DNA from: a virus
Lineage: Duplodnaviria; Heunggongvirae; Uroviricota; Caudoviricetes
DNA: 59,401 bases
Virus record (IMG/VR): IMGVR_UViG_3300021256_000055
Location: 199,124 to 258,524 of that record
Reading direction: 5' to 3' (one strand)
The position numbers and the translations under genes were made by a program. Below the pieces are notes generated by a model, which had not been told where the DNA came from, did not search any database, and saw nothing but the letters and a program-made list of their open reading frames with translations. Shown piece by piece: positions 38,112 to 47,487 of this stretch (positions within the stretch are counted from its first letter, which is position 1; each line of letters starts with the position of its first letter).

Positions 38112-38263
38112 ATCTCCTCCAGATACTATTTATTTACCGGTTTTTTCCACTTATTCTCATAGACTAGGCAGTGATCTTTAACTGTAAAGACAAGCCCGTC
38201 GTATGATTGATATTTGTATGTAAGTTTTCCAGTTTTCTTGTCTTTACAGATTATTACTTTCAT

Positions 38264-38710
38264 CTAGTCCTCTTCAAAAATGTCATCAGGGATGTCGCTG
38301 AAAATATCATCATCGTCGTCTTCGTCCTCTTCTTCCTCAAGCTGCTCAGGATGTTCACGCAAGTCGTTATTCCAGACAATATCATCAAACCAGCGCACTC
38401 CGTGACTTCTGATTTTAATATATGGAGCCGCTTCAGTAGTATTACTAAAAGCAGAAAAGTCATCAAGGTCAAAAGATACAATATGCAAGTTATCTGGATA
38501 AGCGTTATCACCAGTCAACCCATAAGCTGCGTTCATATCTTTCCCAAGCAACAAATAATATTTTGATTTGTTGAAACCAAACTCTTTTGCAAAAATATCA
38601 GCGAGCTTATCGATGTCTTTAATGTCAAATCCTTCGATAGTAGGCGCGCTAATGCTTTCAAGCATCTCACAGTCGGCTTTTGTTACTACTTTAATCTGCT
38701 GCATACACAA
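38264..38710 (-). CDS. Hypothetical protein (paralog of 22609)
   Basis: Similarity and long acidic tail. Confidence 0.8.
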   Translation of the reverse strand: MCMQQIKVVTKADCEMLESISAPTIEGFDIKDIDKLADIFAKEFGFNKSKYYLLLGKDMNAAYGLTGDNAYPDNLHIVSFDLDDFSAFSNTTEAAPYIKIRSHGVRWFDDIVWNNDLREHPEQLEEEEDEDDDDDIFSDIPDDIFEED

Positions 38711-38807
38711 CTCCTTATGTTTAGTTTGTTTACATATATTATATGTCAGCAGTTCTATAGAAGCATAAAAAGCCAGAATATTTCTATTCTAGCTTTTCTG
38801 GTTCAGT

Positions 38808-39305
38808 TTATCTTTTTAAGTGACTTCTGAATAAGTCAGGATTACCAATTTCTTTTGCTTTTTTACCAAGACAATAAGCATCCTCTACATAGTCATACTC
38901 ATAGCCAAAATCTGGGTAGTCTTTATCATCCCATCCAGCTTCAAAAGCTTCCTGAAGTTCGCTTAATCCAAGCTCACAATCAAGCCAATTTTCAAAGACT
39001 TCTTCATTGGCTATATTAAAGCACTCATCTACATCACCTCCACAAGGCGCAGTAGATTCTACCCAGCTTACAGGAAAGCTTCTATATCCTCTTTGTTCAA
39101 GAGGAATGCCAACTTCAATTGTGCTTGACTTAGTAAGTGGCGCAGTACTCAACAGAAGACGCAGCATATCGTCTCTATTCACACGGCTTGCATTGGTAGA
39201 TTTAATTTTTACCGTAATAACATTTCCCCTCACGAAGATTTCTTTTACTTTAGGATTATTCGTGAGCAGACTTTCACAGGCTTCTTTTAGTTCATTAAAA
39301 GCCAT
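38808..39305 (-). CDS. Hypothetical protein (N-terminus similar to 57350..57616)
   Basis: F.EL..AC.SLL...I..F....V.VK pattern. Confidence 0.75.
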   Translation of the reverse strand: MAFNELKEACESLLTNNPKVKEIFVRGNVITVKIKSTNASRVNRDDMLRLLLSTAPLTKSSTIEVGIPLEQRGYRSFPVSWVESTAPCGGDVDECFNIANEEVFENWLDCELGLSELQEAFEAGWDDKDYPDFGYEYDYVEDAYCLGKKAKEIGNPDLFRSHLKR

Positions 39306-39468
39306 AATAACCTCCAGGATTTAGTATTTAACCTTTATACTTATAATATGTAAATAAGTCTGCAGAAGTACAATTTAAAATAAAAAATCAGAAAATCTTT
39401 CGACTTTCTGATCTGACTTTTCCCTAGAAAAACGTAGCTTGCGGTAAAAGTTTAACGTCTTAGCTCGA

Positions 39469-39541
39469 TAGCAGAGGAGGGACTCGAACCCCCGACCTTG
39501 TGGTTATGAGCCACACGAGCTGCCAGCTGCTCTACCCTGCG
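39469..39541 (-). tRNA. tRNA-Met(CAU), initiator-like, no encoded CCA
   Basis: C1.U72 mismatch, GAGC/GCTC D stem, loop CT-CAT-AA, GGGGG-TTCGAGT-CCCTC, A73. Confidence 0.9.
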
Positions 39542-39557
39542 TCGTATATTTAATTAG

Positions 39558-39629
39558 GCCCTATGAGAAGATTTGAACTTCTGACCTCTGGACTTCACGC
39601 CCAGTGTTCCGCCACAGAACTTCATAGGA
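39558..39629 (-). tRNA. Atypical tRNA-like element (anticodon reads UGA with G33)
   Basis: All four stems pair (TCCTATG/CATAGGG, GTTC/GAAC, CTGGG/TCCAG, AGAAG/CTTCT); TTCAAAT T loop; AGGTC variable loop. Confidence 0.65.
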
Positions 39630-39771
39630 AGATTTGATTACTCTGTCCGTTACCCACATGTCGCGATCAAGTTGGGGTCGTAAGTTTCATCTTATCCAGC
39701 CTTAAGGCTAACTTATATAATATGTAAATATCCTTTTGAAAGTATAAAATCTTTTCTGACTTTTCTAACTT

Positions 39772-40296
39772 CTAAAGATAATAAACAACTACATCAAGAT
39801 CCATATCAGCAAATGTGTCCTGGACAATTTTGGAAACTTTACCCCATTCCAGCTTATCAAGACCCGCGCCAATCTTAGGCATATTGATTCGCTTTATATG
39901 GTATGGCTCGGGGCTATTCAAGTTAAATCCCTTAATATAAGTTTTAAGGTCCTCAAGCGATTCCTGAACTGTTGTATAAGTTGGCTTTTCACAGGTCAAG
40001 CATTTTGTTATAAGGTTAGCATCAAATACAAACTTTGTATTATTATAGTTGTAATACTGGCCTATAATAGCTTTTCCATGTCCATTCCATGGACGATTCT
40101 GAAGCGCTGGTGTTAACCAATAGCGTGACTGGAAAACTTTATCAATAAAGATTGGTGCGATTCCAGCTCCCCATTTTCCATCATTCGCAATACAGTGACA
40201 GTAGACTTCTTTTGTATCACGAATAGATTCAATAAAGCCTTCTTTGTCTTTATGCAGTCCAGAGAATAAATCTCCCTGAATTTCTTTATAGTTCAT
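39772..40296 (-). CDS. Macrodomain protein, TARG1/Poa1/DarG-type ADP-ribose hydrolase
   Basis: GDLF, HCIA.DG.WGAGIA, NLITK, KPTY and MPKIGAGLDKLEW motifs. Confidence 0.85.
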   Translation of the reverse strand: MNYKEIQGDLFSGLHKDKEGFIESIRDTKEVYCHCIANDGKWGAGIAPIFIDKVFQSRYWLTPALQNRPWNGHGKAIIGQYYNYNNTKFVFDANLITKCLTCEKPTYTTVQESLEDLKTYIKGFNLNSPEPYHIKRINMPKIGAGLDKLEWGKVSKIVQDTFADMDLDVVVYYL

Positions 40297-40299
40297 AGG

Positions 40300-40725
40300 T
40301 TACTCCGTTTCTTTAAGAAGTTTAATAATCTTTGTAAGCTTTTCTGCGTCATCCTGATTAGCTTTGTTTGAAGTCAAAGCAAACTTCTTAAGGTTATTAA
40401 GATAAGTCAGAATTACACGTTTGCATTCTTTTCTTGTTTTGTCATGATAAGGGTTTTCAAAGTCGCCGCAAGTAGGCCATGTGCTGCTAAGCTTCTTTGA
40501 AGTATCAATGGATATTTCATTGTTTGATCCATAAATACCATAGAATGAAGCCATCTTGCTTTTGGTGCCTTTGTCAAAGAAGTCAGCTCTTACTGGAAAT
40601 GTCTCAGTAAAACCACGGCTTGAAAATACATTTTCGCTTAAGACAAACTTTTCTGATGTATATTTTTCATGTGAAGCTTGGTTAAGGCCATACTCCCACT
40701 GTGCATCTGTTCCAAAGCATTCCAT
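40300..40725 (-). CDS. Hypothetical protein (start moved to MECFGT)
   Basis: GGAGG SD at +1. Confidence 0.7.
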   Translation of the reverse strand: MECFGTDAQWEYGLNQASHEKYTSEKFVLSENVFSSRGFTETFPVRADFFDKGTKSKMASFYGIYGSNNEISIDTSKKLSSTWPTCGDFENPYHDKTRKECKRVILTYLNNLKKFALTSNKANQDDAEKLTKIIKLLKETE

Positions 40726-40800
40726 AATTGCCTCCAGATATAATATGTGAATAAAGTCCATAGAGCCTAAAAACTCTACAGACTTTTCTAGCTTATTTGA

Positions 40801-41331
40801 TTAAGCAACAAGAATAGCTTTTTCAAATTTGAAATCGGGATACCAAGCAGAAGCAAAATAATAGATTGTTTCATCATAAGAATCTTCAATCCATTCTCCA
40901 GTTTCTTCATCTTCGTATGAGCAGTCTTGAGTTTCATAATCAGTGCTAATAGCGCGCTGTTCGAAACCTTCGCCCCAGCCATCTGAATACTGTCCAGAAA
41001 GCCAATCAATAATTGCCACACCAAGAGTTGTCTCATTTGGTTTAAGACTAACAGACCGAGTATACTGTGTAACTTTGTCTGAAAGACTTACACCATCAGC
41101 AATCTGAATATTAGCTACTAAGAACTCACCTTCAACCGATAGTTTAATAGAGGGAATCATGCTCTTATCAAAGCCGTCATACGATTTTGAAGTATACTGA
41201 CTAAGATCTTCAGTATCATCCAAGTGCTCAGCAACATTTTCCATATCGCTTTTTGAAGCTGTATAACCGTAGCTCATTCCAGTCTGATCATTCCAGATTT
41301 TCATGCGTGAATAAAGCTTCCAAGTTTTCAT
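40801..41331 (-). CDS. Conserved acidic phage protein
   Basis: WLSGQYSDGWGEGFEQR motif. Confidence 0.75.
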   Translation of the reverse strand: MKTWKLYSRMKIWNDQTGMSYGYTASKSDMENVAEHLDDTEDLSQYTSKSYDGFDKSMIPSIKLSVEGEFLVANIQIADGVSLSDKVTQYTRSVSLKPNETTLGVAIIDWLSGQYSDGWGEGFEQRAISTDYETQDCSYEDEETGEWIEDSYDETIYYFASAWYPDFKFEKAILVA

Positions 41332-41399
41332 AGTAGCCTCCAAATATTTACTTGCTTACATATATAATATGTAAGCAAGTTCTACAGAGTATAAAACTT

Positions 41400-41576
41400 C
41401 TAAGAAATATCAGAAACTTTTCTGGCCTCACGAACTTTAACAAGAACTTCAGCTTTATATCCATCATCATGAACATGAATAACTTCTGGGTCATCCTGCT
41501 TATTGAGCCATTCGGCCATCTGTTGCAAAATAGTTTTACTGGTACTCGTATCAAAGAATGTTTTTGTTATATACAT
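41400..41576 (-). CDS. 58-aa hypothetical protein MYITKTFF... (not in track)
   Basis: Open frame coupled to the stop of 41578..41910; GGGG SD upstream. Confidence 0.55.
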   Translation of the reverse strand: MYITKTFFDTSTSKTILQQMAEWLNKQDDPEVIHVHDDGYKAEVLVKVREARKVSDIS

Positions 41577-41577
41577 A

Positions 41578-41910
41578 TTAAAGCCCCCAGCGTCTTACGA
41601 AATAGTTGTCAACTTTTTCCCATTCAGTTTCAATGAGATGCTCTTCAAGTTCTTCATCAGACATCTGATCCATACCCGGAATAGTATAGTTGTCACGGAT
41701 TTCTTCAAGAGTTTTGATTTCACCATTTACAGCAATGTTGTCAACAATATAAGATGGAGTATTTTTATTCTCATCAAGCCAGCCAGTTTCACGAAGTCTT
41801 TCAAGAGCTGCTTTCCAGAATGACTCAGGATAAGCTTCAGCTGGTGGAAAGTCATCAACACGAGTCATGCACATATCAATAAAAAGATCATCATCAATCA
41901 TTACTGCCAT
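41578..41910 (-). CDS. Acidic hypothetical protein
   Basis: GGAG SD and promoter. Confidence 0.75.
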   Translation of the reverse strand: MAVMIDDDLFIDMCMTRVDDFPPAEAYPESFWKAALERLRETGWLDENKNTPSYIVDNIAVNGEIKTLEEIRDNYTIPGMDQMSDEELEEHLIETEWEKVDNYFVRRWGL

Positions 41911-41994
41911 AAGGTATCTCCTTAGTTATTTGGTTTACATATATAATATGTAAATAAGGTCTGCAGAGTACAAAAACTCTACAGACCTTTCTAA

Positions 41995-42402
41995 CTAATC
42001 AGTTGGCAATACAAAATCCTCTGGAATGTCAAATATGTCGCTATGATTTCGACAATACTTTAATCCATAACGAGTGAGTCTCCAAAGTCTACGAGACTGA
42101 GAGTACTCAGTGAAACCTTCTTCGTGAACAGCCGCATAGAAAGCGCACATATTACCAGGGCTCTTTTTGTAATCTTCCGGCATTGGGTTTACTTTAATAT
42201 CATGATAAGTATACCAAGCCAATTCGGCAGGAGTCATCACTGGTTTATAAAGAAGATTCTGGAGCAGTGTAACATATCGGTTACCCTTTTTTGGCATGGT
42301 AAAAGCATAACCAGTTCTACTCATTCCAGTTGTTCGATTGTGTGAATATACCGATCCACGATGCTGTTCATGGATTGTATCATAATCCAAGTAGTCACTC
42401 AT
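41995..42402 (-). CDS. Hypothetical protein (start moved to MSDYLD)
   Basis: GGAGG SD. Confidence 0.7.
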   Translation of the reverse strand: MSDYLDYDTIHEQHRGSVYSHNRTTGMSRTGYAFTMPKKGNRYVTLLQNLLYKPVMTPAELAWYTYHDIKVNPMPEDYKKSPGNMCAFYAAVHEEGFTEYSQSRRLWRLTRYGLKYCRNHSDIFDIPEDFVLPTD

Positions 42403-42484
42403 AATTACCTCCAAGTAATTTATTTTGTAACTATAATATGTAAACAAATCTGTAGAAGTACAAAACCTCTACAGACTTATCTAA

Positions 42485-42763
42485 CTATTTTTCTTCAATG
42501 AACTTAAAAGCAGCTTCGCGGTGTGCTGGATGATTCCTGAATGAAGTATCTCCGAAACTGCGAGAATAACGAAGTTGGTCATCGAAAACTTTTTTACGAG
42601 TTGTACCATCTTCATCAGTTACTTTGATTTCCCAATAAGGAAAAGTCATATTTTCTAAGCCCAAGTCTCCTTCTGTAAAAACTACATCAATCTTTTTAGA
42701 AGGATACTTCTCACGAAGAGTATCAAGAAAGCTCTGTTCTTCTGGCCACAAATCTCCTGCCAT
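42485..42763 (-). CDS. Hypothetical protein
   Basis: GGAG SD and promoter. Confidence 0.75.
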   Translation of the reverse strand: MAGDLWPEEQSFLDTLREKYPSKKIDVVFTEGDLGLENMTFPYWEIKVTDEDGTTRKKVFDDQLRYSRSFGDTSFRNHPAHREAAFKFIEEK

Positions 42764-42850
42764 ATTAAACTCCTTTAGTTATTTATTTTTACAAATATAA
42801 TATGTAAACTAAAGCTGTAGAGCCTAAAAACTCTACAGACTTTTCTGACT

Positions 42851-43525
42851 TTAAGCAACACTATGGTATGGTGCTCTATTATTTTCACGCATCCATTTGC
42901 GTCCAGTACAAGTATTTATTACAAATGCTGCTTGAGCATAGGTAATATCATCTTCTAATTTATTACATACCTGAAGTGGAATATAAACACCATCATAAGT
43001 ATATTCTTTTCCCGGCACATAAAAGCCAGATGTATCTTTATAAAGGATATTGTAACAATTTAAGTAGTCAATGACATCTTGCATTTCATAAGCAAAAAAT
43101 ATTACAGTTTGAATTTCCTCTTCCTTTCTTTCATCAAAATACCGACGTGACATTGAACACTTAAAAGCTTTAAGAAATAAAGGAATTTCATCTATTTTAT
43201 AGCATATAGTCATATTGCCTACGATATAATCATGAACATTTTGAAAGTGCATTTTAAGTGCATAAATCTCAGCAATCTCACGACAAGCTTGCTTCATTTT
43301 GCGAACTTTTTCGTCCCAGTCGGACTGTTCTTTTTTCTCTTCTTTTTTTATTTTTTTAGCTTCACTAAGAGAGACATTTTCTTTATTAGCTTTTCTTATA
43401 CAATCAATTGTATCAATAGTACCACCAACAATGCAAGCGATTACAAAGAAAAGCATTGGCATACCAACTGTTATTAAAACAAAATCCAAAGCTATATTCG
43501 AAGTAATCAAGCGATATTCTTCCAT
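42851..43525 (-). CDS. N-terminal TM hypothetical protein
   Basis: One TM, then a coiled segment; GGAGG SD. Confidence 0.75.
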   Translation of the reverse strand: MEEYRLITSNIALDFVLITVGMPMLFFVIACIVGGTIDTIDCIRKANKENVSLSEAKKIKKEEKKEQSDWDEKVRKMKQACREIAEIYALKMHFQNVHDYIVGNMTICYKIDEIPLFLKAFKCSMSRRYFDERKEEEIQTVIFFAYEMQDVIDYLNCYNILYKDTSGFYVPGKEYTYDGVYIPLQVCNKLEDDITYAQAAFVINTCTGRKWMRENNRAPYHSVA

Positions 43526-43622
43526 AAAAATACCTCCTGTTATTTATAATATGTAAATTGTTCTGTAGAAGTATAAATATAGGACCAAGTTATTTCTAAC
43601 TGGTCCTACTTAACTTCAATTG

Positions 43623-44072
43623 TTAAAAAGCCCTTGATTCAAAGTAAATAACAGCTTTTTCTAGGATTGAGTAGACTTTTGAGTTAACCTCAGCATACTG
43701 GTCTCTAAAGGTTGCAAGCTTCTGGTCAACATAGTCTTTTTTCCAGTTAATACCAGCTTCTACTTTATCATAGTCTGTTTGATCCATAAAGCAACCAAGT
43801 GACTGAAGCGCACCATCATAGTCCATCCCTTTAGATTTCATATCACTACGGGCTATTCTATAGGCTTCTCTCCAATCCATATCATCTTCTGATTGCTCTA
43901 CAATTTGATCAAGAATTGCAGTGCGAATTGTATTTGCGTCATCTGAAAGCTTTTTGTCTTCAGTTGAAGCAGAAAGTACTCTCAAGCCATGAATAATAAT
44001 TTCCCAATCACGACGACAGAACTCTAAATCCAAGTCCATATCATCATATTCAGGACCAAGGTTTAATATCAT
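43623..44072 (-). CDS. Hypothetical helical protein
   Basis: GGAGG SD and promoter. Confidence 0.75.
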   Translation of the reverse strand: MILNLGPEYDDMDLDLEFCRRDWEIIIHGLRVLSASTEDKKLSDDANTIRTAILDQIVEQSEDDMDWREAYRIARSDMKSKGMDYDGALQSLGCFMDQTDYDKVEAGINWKKDYVDQKLATFRDQYAEVNSKVYSILEKAVIYFESRAF

Positions 44073-44168
44073 TTAATACCTCCAAGTTATTTGTTTTACA
44101 TATATAATATGTACCCAAATCTGTAGAAGTATAAAAGCCAGACAAAATATCTGGCTTAACTTATAGAA

Positions 44169-44534
44169 CTATGAATTATTTTCTAATAAGCGTGGAAGAT
44201 TTTCTTTAAGCCAAGGCGTGAAGTCTCTCATTGCGTAATTTGCAATTCTATAAATACCCGCATAGGTTCTCTCAATTGGCTTGAGGTTAGGATGCTCATC
44301 CCTTGCTTTCTTCTCGAAAACCTCATATTGTTTTTGCAGCTTCTGGTAGAAATTGTCGTCCTCAAAAGGACTCCAGTTCTTTTCACCAAATCTGTGAAGA
44401 CAAACATTATCCAGGTTTGCTGCTCTTGGATTACCAGAAAGGCCCATTTTGAATGTTTCGTGAGCTCCTGTCCAAGACATAAAGAACTCATTTATGAGTT
44501 CAAAATTATTTAATGACTTAAATGATCTAGGCAT
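44169..44534 (-). CDS. Hypothetical protein
   Basis: GGAGG SD. Confidence 0.75.
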   Translation of the reverse strand: MPRSFKSLNNFELINEFFMSWTGAHETFKMGLSGNPRAANLDNVCLHRFGEKNWSPFEDDNFYQKLQKQYEVFEKKARDEHPNLKPIERTYAGIYRIANYAMRDFTPWLKENLPRLLENNS

Positions 44535-44542
44535 ATAACCTC

Positions 44543-44929
44543 CTACAGCATACTATAATTATACTTAAATCTATCAGCAAAATCCTTCTTATAAGGCTCA
44601 GCTAACTTTATCGCCATTTTTACAGCCTTAATATAGATTTCTCTATTTGAAAGAGTTACCATTCCAGCATTATAAAATTTTTTATTATCTGGATCAGGCT
44701 CATTAAAACCGGCTTCAATAAATTTAATAATGTCTTTGTATTCTTTTCCAGTTTTTGTATCAGTAATCTTATAGTCTTCATACCAAGCTGGAGTAGACTC
44801 CTGTGTAAGTCGGCCAATAAAATCAGATACAACTCCTTCATAGTAATAAGACCTTTCCCTTACTGGATCACCAGATCCATCTGTGTATCTTGCAGTATAT
44901 TCAAAAACAAATCTTCCTTCTGGTTTCAT
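44543..44929 (-). CDS. Hypothetical protein
   Basis: GTGAGG SD at +1. Confidence 0.75.
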   Translation of the reverse strand: MKPEGRFVFEYTARYTDGSGDPVRERSYYYEGVVSDFIGRLTQESTPAWYEDYKITDTKTGKEYKDIIKFIEAGFNEPDPDNKKFYNAGMVTLSNREIYIKAVKMAIKLAEPYKKDFADRFKYNYSML

Positions 44930-45028
44930 AATTTACCTCACATATATAATATGTGATTTGTTCTGTAGAAGTATAAATTTAAAAATAAAAAGCTTAGATT
45001 TTACTCTAAGCTTTTCTAACCTTTCTAG

Positions 45029-45328
45029 CTAGAAGCCATACCTATCTTTAAGGTCCATTAGAGTCTCATCAATATCACGCGAGAGCTCATCAATTGAGCC
45101 AGCTTGAAGACGTCCATCAACTAGCTCGTCTTTTAAGCTAAAGCAAATTACCAAGTCGCCCGTGTAATCTACAATCATTTTGAAATTGCCATCTTCAATT
45201 GAGCATTCCAAAGAGGCATCAAAACTACAATCGAAGTCCTTTACCGCCAGGTCTTCACCTGTTCTTCCAGCCTCTTCCAATGTGGATTTGATTTCTTTTA
45301 AGTATTCTTTTGCAGCGTTTATATACAT
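45029..45328 (-). CDS. Acidic hypothetical protein
   Basis: GTGAGG SD and promoter. Confidence 0.75.
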   Translation of the reverse strand: MYINAAKEYLKEIKSTLEEAGRTGEDLAVKDFDCSFDASLECSIEDGNFKMIVDYTGDLVICFSLKDELVDGRLQAGSIDELSRDIDETLMDLKDRYGF

Positions 45329-45420
45329 ATATTCACCTCACATATAATATGTGACTTGTTCTGTAGAAGTACAAGAAAATAAAAAGAGTTAGTCCAAAAC
45401 TGAACTAACTCTTCTGATTT

Positions 45421-47028
45421 CTAGTCATTTTTACCTAAGGTTACACCCTTGACTTTCTGAAACAAAGTTTCTTTATCATAGATTCCATCATCAATCTGGA
45501 ACTCATAAGCTTTCTGAAGCATCTTCTTAAAGATTGGTCCAGGTTTTTTTCCAAACTTGATCAAGTCATCTCCCGTCAAAACCGGCTTTGGCATATCCAG
45601 CTCTCTGAGCTCATCAATTTTTACTGTTCTTCTACGAACACCAAATGTAAGCTCATTTGTATGAATAGTTACTTCACGCTGGAGGGAACCTAAGATTCCA
45701 TCCCAAGCATCATCAACAGTCTTAAGACAACCTGTTTCATCTGCTTGTGCAAGCACAATCAAATCATCAAATGGCGTCTTTTTAATAAACTGCCAAATTT
45801 TAGTTGGTGACTTCATCTTCATCAACTGGTGCATTCTCATATGATTTTCTGTCATGGCTCTAACGAACTCACAATCATCATTTGGTAAACCAAGTGATTT
45901 ACAGAAGTCATAAGCAATTGGTGCTCCAACAACATCATGGTCTGAAACCTTTGGAATTGATTCAAAGAACTCTTTTCCATTGATTTCAAAAGTATTTTCT
46001 TTTGTACCTAAGTCTGAATGAGCTTTACCAATATCATGCAAGTAAGCTGACAAAATCATTAAGAATCGTTTATGTTCATCATCCTCATTTGAGATGCACT
46101 TAAACATATTCTTAACTACTTTCATAGTATGGTCATAAACTGTACCATTACCCAGGATTTCAAAATCTTTAGCTATGTGAAGCAAGTCCAGAGTATACTG
46201 ATTATTGATTGTAGCAACTCTTGTTAATCCACCATCCATATGGAACTTTACTAAAGCACCTTCTGAATGCCATTTAAATGACTGCTTTACTCTAAGCATT
46301 TCACCAAAGACTTTGCTCATACCAATAAGCTTCCAAATTGGAGCCATTAAATTCTGAACTTTTTCATCTATAAAGAACTTACCACCAAGAATCTTAGTGA
46401 GCTCTTTAAGCTGACGCTCTTTTGATACTTCGGAGAAGTCTAAGCCGTCAACAAAAGCTGCAAATTTAATCTGCTCTTTATTTGACATGGTAACTGGTAC
46501 AAATCCACGGCTTGATGCAAAGCGTACATATCTGAAGTATCTCAATGGGTCCTCAGACAATCTGTCTTTATAGTCCCCAATGAAGCGGAGTACTTTCTGC
46601 TTAATGTCCATTTCACCAAGCTCAGTAGGATCAATGATATTTCCATCAATATCTTCGTACAAAGCATTTACGGTGAAGTCACGACGCATAGCATCTTCTT
46701 TCAAGCTTGTAGTAAAGCCAACTTCAGGATGACGACCTTTTGTTTTATCAACACGTAATGTTGCAATTTCAACTTCTTCAATAGTTCCATCTGAGAACTT
46801 AATCAAAGGCATTGTAACACCAAACTCTTCTGAATTATCAGAAACATTAGAAAAGTCAGAAAAGATTTTATGCAAATCAGCCGGTGTTGCATCAGTACAA
46901 ACATCAAAGTCGTGAGGTTCCTTCCCTAATAATGCATCGCGTACACAACCGCCAACAAACCAAGCGCCAAATCCAGCATCAATAATAGGCTTGAGAACGA
47001 GTGTTTTTAATTCTGATTTAATATCCAT
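45421..47028 (-). CDS. cca: tRNA nucleotidyltransferase (class II CCA-adding enzyme) with HD domain
   Basis: VGGCVRD..LG..P.DFD, RRDFTVNAL, EDPLRYFR, H.EG..Y.HT, LHDIGK, H...GA and C-terminal LTGDDL..G.KPGP motifs. Confidence 0.9.
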   Translation of the reverse strand: MDIKSELKTLVLKPIIDAGFGAWFVGGCVRDALLGKEPHDFDVCTDATPADLHKIFSDFSNVSDNSEEFGVTMPLIKFSDGTIEEVEIATLRVDKTKGRHPEVGFTTSLKEDAMRRDFTVNALYEDIDGNIIDPTELGEMDIKQKVLRFIGDYKDRLSEDPLRYFRYVRFASSRGFVPVTMSNKEQIKFAAFVDGLDFSEVSKERQLKELTKILGGKFFIDEKVQNLMAPIWKLIGMSKVFGEMLRVKQSFKWHSEGALVKFHMDGGLTRVATINNQYTLDLLHIAKDFEILGNGTVYDHTMKVVKNMFKCISNEDDEHKRFLMILSAYLHDIGKAHSDLGTKENTFEINGKEFFESIPKVSDHDVVGAPIAYDFCKSLGLPNDDCEFVRAMTENHMRMHQLMKMKSPTKIWQFIKKTPFDDLIVLAQADETGCLKTVDDAWDGILGSLQREVTIHTNELTFGVRRRTVKIDELRELDMPKPVLTGDDLIKFGKKPGPIFKKMLQKAYEFQIDDGIYDKETLFQKVKGVTLGKND

Positions 47029-47114
47029 AATATTACCTCAACATATATAATATGTCAATAAATATAAAGAAGCATAAATCTTCTATAGAGGAGAGAAAAC
47101 TTTTCTGATTTAAC

Positions 47115-47291
47115 TTACTCTTGTTTTTCTAAATCGATGCTTTTAGGATTAGCATTTAGGAGTTTATCTTCATGCTCAAGCTCTTTTGTTTTACGCCAGT
47201 CATGCACTACACTTGTAATACATTCACAAATAAGTGCAACAATAACTATTGTTAGAAAAGGGTGTTCACCCATAAAATTTAAAATTGCCAT
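47115..47291 (-). CDS. 58-aa membrane peptide (not in track)
   Basis: MAILNFMGEHPFLTIVIVALIC; directly follows 47296 gene. Confidence 0.55.
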   Translation of the reverse strand: MAILNFMGEHPFLTIVIVALICECITSVVHDWRKTKELEHEDKLLNANPKSIDLEKQE

Positions 47292-47295
47292 AATA

Positions 47296-47487
47296 TCATA
47301 TTAGCCCAAGAGCTATATGCCAGTACATAACAAGACAATAAACGGTATAAAGAAACATTACCATAATTAAGATTTCAATTAGGCATAGAATAAATTTGCT
47401 AAATACGTATTTTGAGGTCTCCCGTAAATACTTTGCAAGGAGAGCCGTTATAAGCTCCATAGCGAAACAAATAAAAAAGTAAGACAT
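47296..47487 (-). CDS. Two-TM membrane peptide
   Basis: Hydrophobic; CTAATT upstream. Confidence 0.55.
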   Translation of the reverse strand: MSYFFICFAMELITALLAKYLRETSKYVFSKFILCLIEILIMVMFLYTVYCLVMYWHIALGLI

